Origin: Phoronis australis
Lineage: Eukaryota; Animalia; Phoronida
Length of the DNA stretch: 64,000 nt
Direction: 5' to 3'
NCBI GenBank assembly: GCA_002633005.1
Contig: NMRA01000059.1
Coordinates: 4,853 to 68,852, forward strand
Within the stretch, counting starts at the first letter, position 1. Every line of letters starts with the position of its first letter. A model generated the notes under the pieces. The model did no database searches, was not told where the DNA came from, and was given only the letters and a program-made list of their open reading frames with translations. This document shows, one piece after another, positions 37,248 through 50,395 of this stretch. Both the position numbers and the translations under genes were made by a program.

Positions 37248-37783
37248 ATGGCATATCAGATCTGCGTGAAACTTCCAGGCATTAATTTACACACTGTTCT
37301 CAAAAAATGCTATTAGAAATTGTTTTGAATATGTTCCAGTTTTGGGGAGCTGTCAAAAACAGGACTTATTTTTTATGAAAACAAACTTAATAAGTTGCAT
37401 AAAAAATTATAATTTTGAAAATTGTAGCAGAGTTTTTGAGATTTTATCTTGAACATTTATATCCTACACAATTTTGTAATGTTGTTCATCCTGTTGCTTT
37501 CCTATGAATGTTCCTTTCTTTTCGATAAATTTTCCAAAAATAGCAAGCTCACTTGACCTAATGGCAGATTGGCATAAAGTCAAAAATCAAATTCTTCGGA
37601 AATTCTGCAAACATATGTACTTTTGCTGAGTTAAATTCTATAGTTTTGTAAATAGTTGGCTGAATGTGCAGATTTGTTGATAATGTCATACATAACCTGA
37701 TTGTATATATAATTGTTCAAATCCTGTGTGAAATAGGCTGATCATAGGATGTATGACATAACAGTTGGCTGTAAACAGTTGGG

Positions 37784-37856
37784 TCCTCAGTAACTCAGTG
37801 GCAAGAGCACTAGACCAGCAGTCTAGAAACCTGTGGTTCGATTCCCAGTTGGGGTT
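37784..37856 (+). pseudogene. tRNA-like sequence (Ala-AGC-like pseudo-tRNA or SINE head)
   Basis: A box taactcagtgg, anticodon arm ctaga-ccAGCag-tctag, B box ggttcgattcc; lacks U33 and has D- and T-stem defects. Confidence 0.6.
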
Positions 37857-39795
37857 CCTGAGTTTTCTGTGTTTATTTGATGTATCATACATAACCTTAT
37901 CATCTATCCAAGACCAACTTTAAGCGTTCTCAGTTACCAACGCTCTCCCTAAACACTTAGTCTGGATCTTACGTGAGGAAAACTTAGAGACTCCGTACCA
38001 TTTAGGATGTTCCTGTTTCACAGGGCAGTTTAGAATATTGGTAAAATCTCACCAATTTTGGACAAAGGCAAAATTACTTATTTCTAGCTAGTTTTCAACA
38101 ATTTCAAACATTGTTGCTATTGACTGCAATTTCTCATGCCATTGATTGGAGCTGTGATACAGAACACTGATATTAAACATGTATTTGGTGCTATTCTGTT
38201 TTTTATAAATAATGAGAAAGAAAATCTCTATTGACAGTCTTACTTTGTGTCCTAAATTGAGATTTTGAACACAGATGTCAGTATGACGATCACAACGGTA
38301 TATATCGTGAAAAAAACATGGAGGCGTTTGTGTAAGTGAATCGTCTGGTTGGACACCCATTCCCAAAATGAGTTTTAAGTGGCTAGGCTCTTGACTAAGA
38401 TATGACCACACTTACTATAGGCCTATGACTATACTTACTCATAATCGATCATTGCACAAAGGTGTGTCCTACTCCTCTGAGCTCAGTTTTACTAGTGACT
38501 GTATGCAAGAGAATGAATGAGAACCTGGGTATAATGTGAAAGTGATCTCTGGGGCTGTGCTCATATTATTACTACACTTACTAATACTATATGACCACAT
38601 TTACTATATCTATCCTAACACAGATTTTGGTAAGAAATGAACTCTGTATCCTTTATCAAAACCTATTTTGCCAAAGCATCTGATTTATACTGTGATATAC
38701 CAGAACTACAAATGAAATTCTTAAATTTGGAACAAAACGCTTCGGAAAATCCCTATTCTTCGCTTTATGAGAGGTTTACTGCATTGTTAATTTTACCATT
38801 TGACTACATCTGTACAATTTCAATGGGTTAAAATAGCATTTATTTATTTATTTGTTTGAAAGTTGACAAAACACGATTCTACTTTTGCATATTGTGTTCT
38901 AAATAGATGACTTTATACTCAATGTCCAAAAGTGCAAATAGTTTGTCAATTGTGTGGAGCCCCAGTATACTTGCCCCCATTTTGTTCTATAAACCTTTCA
39001 TTCCTGTTTGTTCAAAATCCAAAGAATCATGCCGAGTAACCTGTAGGTTATCAGAGGGTGTGATATTTTATAAACAATATAATTATACTTTAGATGAGCC
39101 TTCAAAACTGAAACAACTGCTTATGTTTTGTAAATACTATAAGTGGAATCTACTTCAGAAAAGAGATTTCTGAGATCACCATCAAAGTCACAACTTGAAA
39201 TCACTGTGCTACTGAGAGCTAAACTCCACTCTATAAACTGCAGCTTTGTATCACTGAATGGCTGACAGAGAGTGGTGAGAAATGGCAATCCGTAATCAAA
39301 TCACAAAAGCAACACATTTTGTTACTTTATGACTCTCTGGTCCAAGCCAATGTTAAGGATTTCAACAAGTCTCTGGTCCAAGCCAATGTTAATAACTTCA
39401 ACAAGTCTCTGTCATCCAATAATTATCACAAAAATACACTTTTGACTGTAAAGCTGAAATTTTGTCACTGTACTGTTTCAATTGTGTCTTATCTGCTTTA
39501 AGATAGGTGTCACATGGGTTATTATCTTTTGGCCTTTTCTCACAGCCCTATCAATCACTTGACTTTTTAAATGACTTAATCACCATTCCAAGTTTACGTA
39601 CAAGTCAATATCAAAATTATTGCTAGTTTGTTTTAAGATAAACAATTTAATGAATAAAACATGGAATAGATGTTTAGACAATGGTATTAGTTGATGTTTT
39701 TCATGCACAAAAACAAAGAAAAACTGTAGTTATGTTGTCTATAGGTGTTGCACCATTTCTATTACACCATCTTATATGCACATGGAATGATGGTA

Positions 39796-40726
39796 CTCTC
39801 GAGTTCAGAATAGTCGTATATAAACGATTATTTTTTTCAGACTCGTTTTCCGGTCTATACCATGCTTATTCGGGTCTCTACGTTATTTATTTTCTAACTT
39901 TTTTCCACTCTCCACGATTATTTGTTTCAGCAAGTTCTCAATTTTGTTTTATTCATTACAAATTTGTTACTCCAAAACTTAGCTATAGACACCATCGTAC
40001 CTTGGCCGTAAAATGTGGTGTCTTCGCTCTAAACCTCTAGACCACGAGACACTAGGTTCTGATATCGTAATTTAGAAGAGCTATATACGACTGCGCGTTA
40101 CACACGGAAGTCACATGTCATACACATTAAAAGATTTTATTCGCCTAAATATACAACTGTACGTTTCAAAGCGTAAAATAATCGGACTCCCAAGCAACGG
40201 TTTACGCAACGGCTTTCTGTTGGACGGCCAGAATGTTATTTTGGACGGGTTCGACGGGATCGGTCAGAATTAAGAAAGTGTTGGCAAAATTTAAAAAGCA
40301 TGAAATGATTACCACTTCTCTTAATATTAACGGNCAAATTTGTAATCAATGTTATTATTCCAGTCTATATTATTTTTAATTTTCCTCAAATTTCCCGTCT
40401 ATACCATTATTCCTAAGAATTTGCTGTTTTGCATTATTAATCTCTTCTATAACATTATTAGATTTTGCCTAAATTTGTAACCAATATTATTATTCCAGTC
40501 TATACTATGTTTAAATTTCCACAAATTTGCCGTCTATACCATTATTCCATTCTATACTATTATTAATTTTTTTCGACAATTTCTGGTCTATACTATTATT
40601 CTACTTTTCTAGTGGCAAAAATGTTGGGTCTATACTATTATTAGAGTCTCTACTATTATTAAAAATCGTGAAATTTTCCAGTCTATACTATTATTGCTGT
40701 CTCTACTACTATTCGGAACTCCAGAG
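39796..40726. mobile_element. Tc1/mariner-type MITE (TA target duplication)
   Basis: TA-ctctcgagttcagaatagt ... actattcggaactccagag-TA; internal tctatactattatt repeats. Confidence 0.75.
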
Positions 40727-40978
40727 TAACTATGATATCAGAACTAATGCTATTTACTGAGTATTTGAACAACGAATGCTTCTTTGCTAGTATTATCACA
40801 CTAGGACTAATGGTTCTACTTCCAATCTCATTAATACATGTGAGAAAATATAAGTCATTCATTGCAATAGAGTTATCCTTGTTTGCCAAATGTAATCTGC
40901 ATGCTAGTGTCTTACAAATCTGCTTTAATTTTCACTTGAAAACTTTCATTTCAGCATAAGAAGTTAAAGTGCACTGTA

Positions 40979-41071
40979 ATGGACCAGTATCAAGTAACCT
41001 CTGGACCAGACACCAGTGTTGCCCAGACGATATCACTCATGGGATCTAACAGTGGGCAGAGTGCCCCCCAG
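40979..41071 (+). CDS. NFYA: Nuclear transcription factor Y subunit alpha, coding exon 1
   Basis: Acceptor at 40954, ATG 40979: MDQYQVTSGPDTSVAQTISLMGSNSGQSAPQ|GT; resembles the vertebrate MEQY start. Confidence 0.8.
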
Positions 41072-41671
41072 GTATACAGTAACTGTCATGTCAAACTATG
41101 GCTAACACTTCAACAGTAGTGTTTAGAATAGTGTCTTCAAAACATTGAATTTTTCTTTCTACATGCCCACATATTTATCTTGACGTGGTGTTGCAGAATA
41201 ACACTGCATGAGGCTATGTGAGCCCCCAAAGTTGGTTATTAGTGCAAAGGTCACCTATTTACAAATTTTTTTGCAAGATTTTACAAGTTATCAATCAATA
41301 CAACAACAATTTGTTTAGCGTAGATGATGTTTAAATGACCTTGTCATTTAGTTCCTGCTATACACTAGCATAGTTAGGAGCATGTAAATACATCTTTAAG
41401 GGTTAACTTAATTTTAATTTTTATGTTTTGTATATTTCTATGCTAATAATCTGCAAAAATGTGAGGATCAAGTTTTTCTGTTCCAGTTGGCTGAGCAGAG
41501 ACACGGGCCGTGTCAGCCCAAATTTCAGCACTATGACCTTGGCATGCCTTGCCCCCAAGTGCCCTCTACCAAATGTTGTGATCTCCCACTGACCTTGATT
41601 GTCCGTTTAGGGGAGGAAATATTTTGTGACTTGGTCAAGAACCTTGTTAATGTTATCTGTCAATTTGTTAA

Positions 41672-43175
41672 AAGAGAATGCCACCTGATTTACTTAGTCT
41701 TTTTTTCCATCTTAATCGGTCTATATCCACATCGCCTTTTATACGGCCGACCTCACCTTGCGGAGAGGTATCGCGTTAACCTGTGAGGAAGGTGAGAAAC
41801 AATGCAGCGACGTCAGTGGTTCATCTTCAGAGTGATTGCCGCTATATATTACGGTGCATCGTTTCCATTTGTCCGAACTATGAAGCTGCGAAGAAAGCAG
41901 GTATATCGTTTTTCGACTTCCTCAAGAGCCCGAAATTCTTAGGAAGTGGCTCGCGGTAGTGAAGAATGAAAAGTGCACTGTTATTGGCAAATATGAGGCC
42001 GTGAGACATCCCCGTGTCTGTGGCCGGCATTTTGTCGACAGTGATTTCTCTGACGAATTCTGGCTTACCAAAGAACTTTCCATACGTTCCGTTGCCTGTG
42101 CATGTTCACGGCGCCTCTCTAGTATTTCTTGGTCAGTGTATTCCGGTTCGAACTGATAGCCTGTGAAACGATCCAACCCATGAAGTCTTTGTCGGATGAG
42201 CTCTCGACTAAGTCAGGATTGGCGCCAGGCAAGTTGCCATGTAGACGTTTATTATTCTGCGTTCTGTTTCAAAATGAATTATTCTCGTCCTAATCAATGC
42301 TTATATAAAACTGAAACAATGTCTGTCTCATTAGATATAATTTGTAATGCCTTTGGATTATTCGTGAGTGCAAATGTTTTGAGAAGCCAGCAATGAATAA
42401 ACCAGTCACGTTACAGGCTTTAGATGCAATAAAGGTAATTGACCGGGCACTGAGGCCATGTGAGCGCCTTCTAATTCAGTGTTTGCTGACAGAAAGCTGT
42501 TGTGAAACAATAACTCGGTGGCTAATTCACCTAAATAATTAGTGCACATTATTTCTTTGGCTCACTATTATAGTTTTTCGTGACTGGAGCTTTAGTTTAA
42601 GTTGGTTTATGTTCGTGATGTCCAGTCCCAGGCCGCCGGCCGCTACGAGCCTGATCTGGTTCCGAGCCACTGACGGGGAGTAACAAGCATTTTGTGTGTT
42701 TAGAACTGAAACAATCTCAAGTCTAAAAGTAGAAAACACAGCTATGTTCCCCCGTCTGTATTTCACGGAAGAATGATTCGAATTTATCCATTAACAGATC
42801 CAAACTCCCGCGATTGACCATGGTAAATAGAGCCCACCAAACTCTGTAGGCTATGGTACATTCAAATACCTATAAATCCATAATAGTGAAATAAAACAAC
42901 ACATTTGTTCAAGAACTCAATGTATTTGTAAGGGTTTTACATCAAATTTTGATGATTTATTGGTGTAAAACGATGAATTCATGCAATAATTTGACACCAG
43001 TAAGCGTGTTGTATACGGCTGAGCAGACTGCGTTCGAACCGATTACATTGTTGGTTAACTTCAACAACTCCGTCTGCCATTAGGTGTCAGGCAAAAGACC
43101 TGAAGTTGCTGTTATCGAGTGGAACTACTCGATCTAAATTGATACAAAATAGGTTGTTTTTGGTGGCATTCTCCT
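41672..43175 (+). mobile_element. Internally deleted Kolobok-type DNA transposon
   Basis: TTAA-aagagaatgccacc ... ggtggcattctcct-TTAA (14-bp TIR, 1 mismatch, RR termini); THAP remnant on plus (41850-42060) and GYQFEPEY ORF on minus (~42075-42240). Confidence 0.85.
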
Positions 43176-43325
43176 TTAACATCAGAACGAATTCTGAGAT
43201 TGTTTTATTTCCAGAGTTACTAAGAAGAATCTTTGATCATATAATGATATAATGTCCAGTGCTGATGTGCAGTCCTGCATTATGCAAAACAGGTTGTTGA
43301 TTCTCACTTCCATGCTCTGTTTTAG

Positions 43326-43544
43326 ATAATTCAGCTTCAGGGAGCACCATCAGGACAACAGTTTGTCATACAGGCCATGCCCCAAGGACAACAAATGCAA
43401 ACATTCCAGATTCAGGGTCAAGGCCAGAATATCCAGGTTCAGGGCCAGTCAGGTACAGCTCAGCAGCAGCCGCAGCAGTTTCAACAGATCCAACTAGTGT
43501 CAGCAGGTCAAGTACAGCAGAGTCAGCAGGCACAGCCACAACAA
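43326..43544 (+). CDS. NFYA: NFYA coding exon 2 (Q-rich activation domain)
   Basis: tttAG|IIQLQGAPSGQQFVIQAMPQGQQMQTFQIQ...QPQQ|GT; phase 0-0. Confidence 0.88.
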
Positions 43545-44705
43545 GTGTGTATTGATATGATTGGCCCTCAACAGGCTTAGGATAAAGATAATTAGTACAG
43601 TTAAAGGTGCAATAAACCAGTACCTTCTGACCACAAACATCTTTTGAGTGTGGCTACTTAAAGTTGTATGAAATCAGTCTCACCTTTATCCTTACACAAA
43701 TTAGAAAGGATTTCTTTGATTGAGAAGACTTGGCTTTGAAGCTGTGTCTCATGGATGGTAGGTTCATCCACGCGAGCATTGAAGTTATTAGCAGAGTTCC
43801 AGGTGTTTCATTGTGACCGATTTCACTTCAGAATATGATGCAAAATATGTGCTTGTGGAAAAAAGTTGTTTATGACACCAGGGCTGTGTTGTGCAGAACC
43901 AGGACGACAGAGAGAAGAGATGCAGTGATTGCATGCTTGACTTATTTTGCATGGTGATATCTTATAAAGAGTTGCCTCATCTTGTGTTTTCACCAGTTTG
44001 TTAATGTCTGCAGTACGCAGCCCGGATCATGTTTCTAGCAGATTTAATCTACAAGTCACTTGAACATTTGAGCACACAATGGTGGTACCGGGAATTTCTG
44101 ATAATAAGCCCCAGGCCATATGTTCAGAAAATGTCATATTTTCACCTTTCTGGTACTAAATATACCGGTAAACCCAAGCTTATTTTCAAAAAAAGAACTG
44201 TAAACGCAAATGTGCCAGTTATAGTGACATAGAATAATCACCACTGTGTGGAAATAGGAACGTTGATAATACCAGTAGGAATTATTTAAATTTATTTTGT
44301 AAATGTAAGACAAAAACCTGGAGTATGCCCTGTTTCTTATAAAGCCTTGCCTTTGTTTGATACTTGCTGACTGTTCGTTTTGGGAAACCCTTCAAGATAG
44401 ATATTACAGGTGCGTCTCCGAATGTAGGCCCATGGGCATATATATTCTGAAACTTTTCAAATATTAGCCCTGTGGGAGTATATTTGGGGGACCTGTTTGT
44501 GAAAACACCTGGTAATATAGAATGTGATGTACAATTCCACTGTTTTAAATCTCCACCTACAGGTGGTGCTTGTCCAACAAAATTCTATATCAACATCTAG
44601 TAGCACATAGTTTCTTTCAATGGCTTGCATATAATATTGAAAGAATTTGTGCTGTTACCATACACTAGGTGGCAGAGTTTGTAATTTGTCTCACTATTGT
44701 TTCAG

Positions 44706-44939
44706 ATCATCATCCAACAGCCTCAGCAAAATCAAGCCCAGCAAGTGATCCAGACAGCAGATGGTCAGGCTATAGTAATCCCCTCAGGGACTCTGGATGG
44801 AAGTCAACAGTTCACTTTGCAGGGGGGACAACTCATCCAGCTGCCTGTGGGTGGTAACACCAGCAGCTCACCTCAGATCATCCAGGCCAGCAACATCAGC
44901 ATTCCAACGTCAGGAAGTGGCGCAAATCAGATGGTTGTT
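44706..44939 (+). CDS. NFYA: NFYA coding exon 3 (Q-rich)
   Basis: ttcAG|IIIQQPQ...IQTADGQAIV...NQMVV|GTAAGT; IIIQQPQ and T.DGQ are NF-YA hallmarks. Confidence 0.93.
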
Positions 44940-45071
44940 GTAAGTAAACATGTCTCTGTCATGTGTCTCCTCCTAGTGGTCACTTCCAAATCTCTGTTGT
45001 ACCCCAAAACAATAATTTAGTAGACTTATATATAATAGCAATAAATATTAAGTATCAGTGACCTTATTAGT

Positions 45072-47630
45072 GGGGCAATTCTGTGAAAATGTCAACCTAG
45101 AGACAAAAAATAAATAAAAGTTGTGACTAAAGTAACATTTCTGGTGTCGTCTGAAAGCCCAGTCTCTCTAGTTTCAGGGCTGATATTTGAATTTCCTTTT
45201 ACTTTCGACTTTTTCCTAAACGGACCCATTTTTGAGGTCACTTGACCCTCACAAATCACCCCGATTTTTATGCTCCTTGCTAATTATTGTCATAAATAAG
45301 CTAATCATAGGTATTTTGCTATATTATCAAAATTAATTTATGCAATCACATGAAGCCTAAACTTCCTAAAAATTTCATTTGACCAGTAGCGCATCGTCAA
45401 CCTCTTGGGGTCAAAGGCCAACTCCTGGATATCATGGTGCCAAACGTCCGTCACAAAAAGTGCTAAAAAGTTTTGTCACATCAAAAGTTTTCAATAAGAA
45501 TTAAAATTATTTCTGAGTCTCTTTCAACTTGTTTCTCAATATTATTGACCGAAATTTTAGAAATAATTCGTAAAGTCAGAAATCGCGTTACAGATTTACG
45601 GAAAATTTGTATGTCTGTCACGTACATCCGTCACACCCATGAAATTACATTTTTTTCAGTCTGATCTTATTTTTACTTTCCAAACTTGCAGGAGATGAAA
45701 TTTTTCTCACACCTAAGAACCTAAAACGAATATATATCACAAAGACAGTCATAAAATCAAGTACAGAAGTTGCTCCGGTTTTGAACTAGATGCATTGGAC
45801 TTTTTCACTTTCAAAAGTATTTGCTGAGAAGTTTTCTTAATGGTGTCATCTAGTTATTTTTGGGAGAATTCAACATGTTAAAATTAGACAGTTGGACCAC
45901 ATAAATAAAATTTTATTTTTTTTATGTTAGTACCCCATTTTTGTAAAAAATCCTTAATTTTGGAAAACTGTTGAAGCAAAAAACACTCATGTAAAAGATT
46001 TCCATGGGTGCTCTGGAGTTCAAATAATGAGACACCTAGAGGAATCCATGTCAAGTTGCTGTTCTGCTAGAATCATCATGTTATTTTTTGCTCTGACTCG
46101 CTGTCCTGGGCATTTATAAGAGGTAGCAGCCTGTGACCTACTTTATTAAGCATTTTTGTCACTCCATCAGTGACTGTAGTAGCTGTGTTTTTCAGTCTTG
46201 GGTGGAAACACGTTCGTACCAAATGATTTCGTTGTCTCATTTTGCATATTTTGGCAAAACAAGAACCCTGATATTGCAATCTTTTTGAAGAAAGATTAAG
46301 TCATTTTCTGCTGAGCTTCAAGTGGATTGAATCAGCATTTAGAAACAAAGGAGGAAATTGTCGGTGTCCAGGTTAGAAGCAGCTGGGAGAGGAACAAATA
46401 TCTGCTGGAAAGTTCTCTGAAACTTAAAAAAATGACATCATGGATCAAGAAATTCAGAATTGTATAAATCTGCTTGAACCGTAATGCGACCTTAATTTAT
46501 GCCTCTTTTAAAATTGAAAGGAAGACAGCATTGGTTTAAAAATCTAAGTGAAAGGCTAATCAAGCTTATCGCTAAGGACCAACATTTGATAAATAAATAG
46601 TATTAGCTCCACATATTCCTAAGTTTAATGTAATTAAATGTCTGCCTTAACACTGCAAGACAGCACCCATGTTTTCGATCAAAATTCGAATTGCATAAGA
46701 CAATGACGTCAACTAAATCATGTTGATCCAATTGCTTGCTTCATAGTTTGTTACAAGAAGATACTGAAGTTGTGTACTAATACTTTTAAAACAGCATCTT
46801 TATTATTAACATGGGCACGCACCAAAACTATGAGCAACACAGTCCAGACAAGTCTGCACAAGCTTAGAGCAAGTCCTATTATACTATTATAAAAAATGTA
46901 TATTTGTTACAATGAGGATTAATAAGGTTTTAATTTCATTTCACATTTTATATTTAGGATAGTCATGTTTACTTACTAGTTTCAAATTTGTATTAGAGCT
47001 ATTTGATGCATAAAAACAGTTTTGCTGATTACCAACAGGTGTCGAATACAAAATAAGTATCTCTCTCATTCCCATCCATACTGTTTACCATCTCCAAAGA
47101 GAAGTGAGGATTTTAGGATGTTGTTTTATATATTTAATCAAATGTGTTGAAAAGTTTAAATCCTAGAGTATATTCCCACCATTGGCTTACCTGGGGTGGT
47201 GAGTATGTGCAAAAGGTCAATCGATATACTTTGAATTAAAAAACATCGAATCAGTGGCAAAAGACTAATATACTGAAGTTTGAATTATTTGTGTAACAAA
47301 AATTTCATAGAAGATATCGTCAAAAAATAGTATGTTGTGCTCTACAAATATTCCACTAAATCATCATAGAAATAATTGTAACTGTATACAACTACTGAAA
47401 ATTAATGTTTAATTTTTTTTTCAAAAATTCAAATTCTCTGCACCCGTCTGTCACACCCACTTAAAAGCAACTTCCTCAGTCAGATAAAAAGATAGGGGAA
47501 AAGTTTATACATGCTTTGAAAGCTATCAATGAGACTTAACAATTTCTGTATTATTTTCCTAGGCTGAAAAATTTTTCACAATTAGTCAAAATGTTCTCTG
47601 ATTGTACGTTTGTCACAAATGGAATTGCAC
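45072..47630. mobile_element. Possible non-autonomous DNA transposon
   Basis: gggcaattctgtg.. near 45072 and ..ggaattgcac near 47630 form a weak TIR; repeated gtcacaccc motifs; no coding remnant. Confidence 0.35.
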
Positions 47631-48139
47631 AGTATAGCAATGGAAAATGGTTATTATAAACCTGATTATGCATATTTAAATTCTTGCTTTCTTAGCTGTT
47701 GGAATGAGCATCACGTAATTTCTGATGCTTTCTGCAAAGTTCACTCTGTACCTCAGTGGTTGTACAAGTCTGTATACTGCACTCTGGTATTCATGTGAAG
47801 AATCTTTCAATAGCATCACTGCAAAGTAAAAAGAAAGAAAACAAATATCTGCGCCATTGTCAAGGCAGTCATGTACTCATGAATACTTGTAGTATCAGTG
47901 AATGCTGTCTAGGACACCTTTCCAAGGGCATTTCTTGTTAAATCTGATTTATGAAAACAGCCACTAAAAGCAGACTGCCAAAGTGTTTGGCTAATGTGTA
48001 GGATTGTGGACATTAAGTTATGCATTATATCCCAGCTTTTTAATTAGGGTTGAAGCCATGTCACTGAGCACATGTTTATCAATCTTTGTCCTCTCTAACA
48101 TAACTGTAATCTACCGGTAACTCAATCTTTAGTCCCCCG

Positions 48140-48310
48140 GCTATTGCACAACTGTTACTTATATACCCCTGTTCCCTATTACACAACTGTTACTTATAGA
48201 CCCATGTCCCCTATTGCACAACTGTTACTTATAGACCCCTGTCCCCTATTACTCAACTGTTACTAATAGACCCCTGTCCCCTATTGCACAACTGTTACTA
48301 CTGTCCTTTA
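48140..48310. repeat. 35-bp tandem repeat, about 5 copies
   Basis: ctattgcacaactgttacttatagacccctgtccc; runs into the NFYA acceptor. Confidence 0.9.
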
Positions 48311-48336
48311 TTACACGACTGTTTCTTCTGTTGTAG

Positions 48337-48516
48337 ATGATTCCTAATGGTGCAGGCAATTCTGCATCCATTCAAAGGATACCCATTCCTGGCACTGCCG
48401 AGATGGTAGAGGAAGAACCACTGTATGTTAATGCCAAACAGTACCACAGGATACTCAAACGACGGCAGGCGAGAGCAAAACTGGAGGCTGAAGGAAAAAT
48501 ACCAAAAGAAAGAAAG
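48337..48516 (+). CDS. NFYA: NFYA coding exon 4 (subunit-interaction domain)
   Basis: [49 protein letters not shown]: the canonical NF-YA/HAP2 motif. Confidence 0.98.
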
Positions 48517-48592
48517 GTATGAGCAGTTTGTGAAAGTAATAAAAGTACAGTGTGCGGCTGAGTGCAAGTGGAATTCACCATTAGAGTTGTGG

Positions 48593-48800
48593 AAATGACT
48601 AGTCATGATATGCATGTAGTGTATGAACTGTCAAATGACTAGTCATGGTATGTGTGTACCGTATGAACTTTGAAATGACTAGTCATGGTGTGCGTGTAGT
48701 GTATGAACTGTGAAATGACTAGTCATGGTATGCGTGTACCGTATGAACTTTAAAAGGACTAGTTGTGGTGTGCGTGTAGTGTATGAACTGTGAAATTTAG
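48593..48800. repeat. 40-bp tandem repeat, about 5 copies
   Basis: aaatgactagtcatggtatgcgtgtagtgtatgaactgtg. Confidence 0.9.
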
Positions 48801-49414
48801 CAAGATACTTTTATGGGACGGTGTTATTGCAGATGAGGATGATTTTTTAATAAATTCAGCTTCTGCTGTGTGCCGTAGTGCCAATTTTGTTGTCTGTGAG
48901 TGCTCTGCCGATTCCCTTAATGGATCTTCATGGAACTTGGCAGACCTGTATTAACCCAGGAGATGATGTCACAAAACAATTTTTGGTTACCTTCCTAAAG
49001 TTATGCAATCTTCATAAAACTTTGCTGATAAGATTTTAATCGAACAGGTAACCACAATTGCCCAGTTTTAGTCAGCTTAGATATGTGTTATGCCCCTGGT
49101 GACAACCTTCATTAGTTCATTATTCACTTATGGTGTCGGCCTCTCTGTGCTATACTGCTTCTCCATTAAATCTCAAATCAGTCACTCTGGTAGAATTAGC
49201 AGACAGATGGCCGAATGTGAAGTTGCTTACATTAAGTGTGTTTCTTTTTTAAAGTTGTAAATATGGTACTATATTGTAGTTAACCAGGACTCAGCGTAGG
49301 CCTAACATTGAAATATGCCACAGATGATTGTCAATTTGTATTTGAACAATATATCTGAAAAATTGATTTTTTTCTCTTTTGAGATATGCCTATAGTGTTG
49401 TTTGTGTGTTGTAG

Positions 49415-49501
49415 AAATATCTTCATGAATCTCGGCACCAACATGCATTGAATAGAGTTAGAGGAGAAGGCGGCCGCTTCAATAGTAAAAATGGACATCA
49501 G
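49415..49501 (+). CDS. NFYA: NFYA coding exon 5 (DNA-binding domain)
   Basis: gtAG|KYLHESRHQHALNRVRGEGGRFNSKNGHQ|GTAAC. Confidence 0.97.
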
Positions 49502-49711
49502 GTAACACGTGGTCGTAGTTACTAATATTTTTGTTTCCATTTTTGTATTTATTTTATCGTCATTCTTCTTGTATATGTTATAATATGTGTGTAGTATATT
49601 TTACCATTCCACTATAAACTTGGTCTCGACTTGTTTTTTACTCTGATGAGAAGTGATTTATAGGTTTACAAACACCTGGCAGTTTCGTTATTCCTGGAGA
49701 CTATTCAATGC

Positions 49712-50166
49712 ATAACATGTAATGATAAGCCTATTGGTACAGCCAGGTCTCAAATTATAATGTACAATGATAAGCTTATTGGTACAGCCAGGTTTCAAAC
49801 TATAACATACAATGTTGAGCCTACTGGTACTGCCTGGTCTCAAACTATAACATGCAATGACAAGCCTACTGGTACAGCCTGGTCTCAAACTATAACTTAC
49901 AATGTTGAGCCCACTGGTACTGCCTGGTCTCCAACTATAACATGCAATGACAAGCCTACTGGTACTGCCTGGTCTCAAACTATAACATGCAATGACAAGC
50001 CTACTCGTACTGCCTGGTCTCAAACTATAACATGCAATGTTGAGCCTACTGGTACTGCCTGGTCTCAAACTGTAACCTGCAATGACAAGCCTACTGGTAC
50101 TGCCTGGTCTCAAACTGTAACCTGCAATGACAAGCCTAGTGGTACAGCCAGGTCTCAAACTGTAAC
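49712..50166. repeat. ~45-bp tandem repeat, about 10 copies
   Basis: aagcctactggtactgcctggtctcaaactataacatgcaatgac; explains the 15-aa repeats in ORFs 49688-50176 and 49760-50317. Confidence 0.9.
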
Positions 50167-50338
50167 AAACTGTCACTTCTTTAGAAGTCCTGAATTCGTC
50201 TGTAATGTGACTCTAGGAACAATGATCAAAATCAAAATTTTTGTTTTGTTGTGTAAAGAGTGTTTACAGACAATGTGGGGTCCAGTGAAGCTATTGCCTG
50301 GCAAGTACCATGTGTGACCCTTTTGTTTTCACTTTCAG

Positions 50339-50395
50339 GAAGGTTCAGCGAGTTTCGATGTTACAATGAACCACATGCTGGAGACAACGAGTTAA
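50339..50395 (+). CDS. NFYA: NFYA last coding exon
   Basis: Strong polypyrimidine ttttgttttcactttcAG|EGSASFDVTMNHMLETTS-TAA; phase 0. Confidence 0.72.
   Translation, partial: EGSASFDVTMNHMLETTS

Noticed and set aside
37784-37856. Functional tRNA-Ala gene
   Set aside because: C at position 33, a D-stem mismatch and a T-stem insertion; treated as pseudo-tRNA or SINE-like
41672-43175. piggyBac element or host THAP gene
   Set aside because: Termini are purine-purine rather than CC/YY, and the THAP remnant is frameshifted and enclosed by TIRs and TSDs
43601-43620. Further Kolobok end (ttaaaggtgcaata)
   Set aside because: No matching opposite terminus found
49688-50317. 162-aa and 185-aa repeat proteins
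   Set aside because: Intronic minisatellite open on both strands; no splice or homology support
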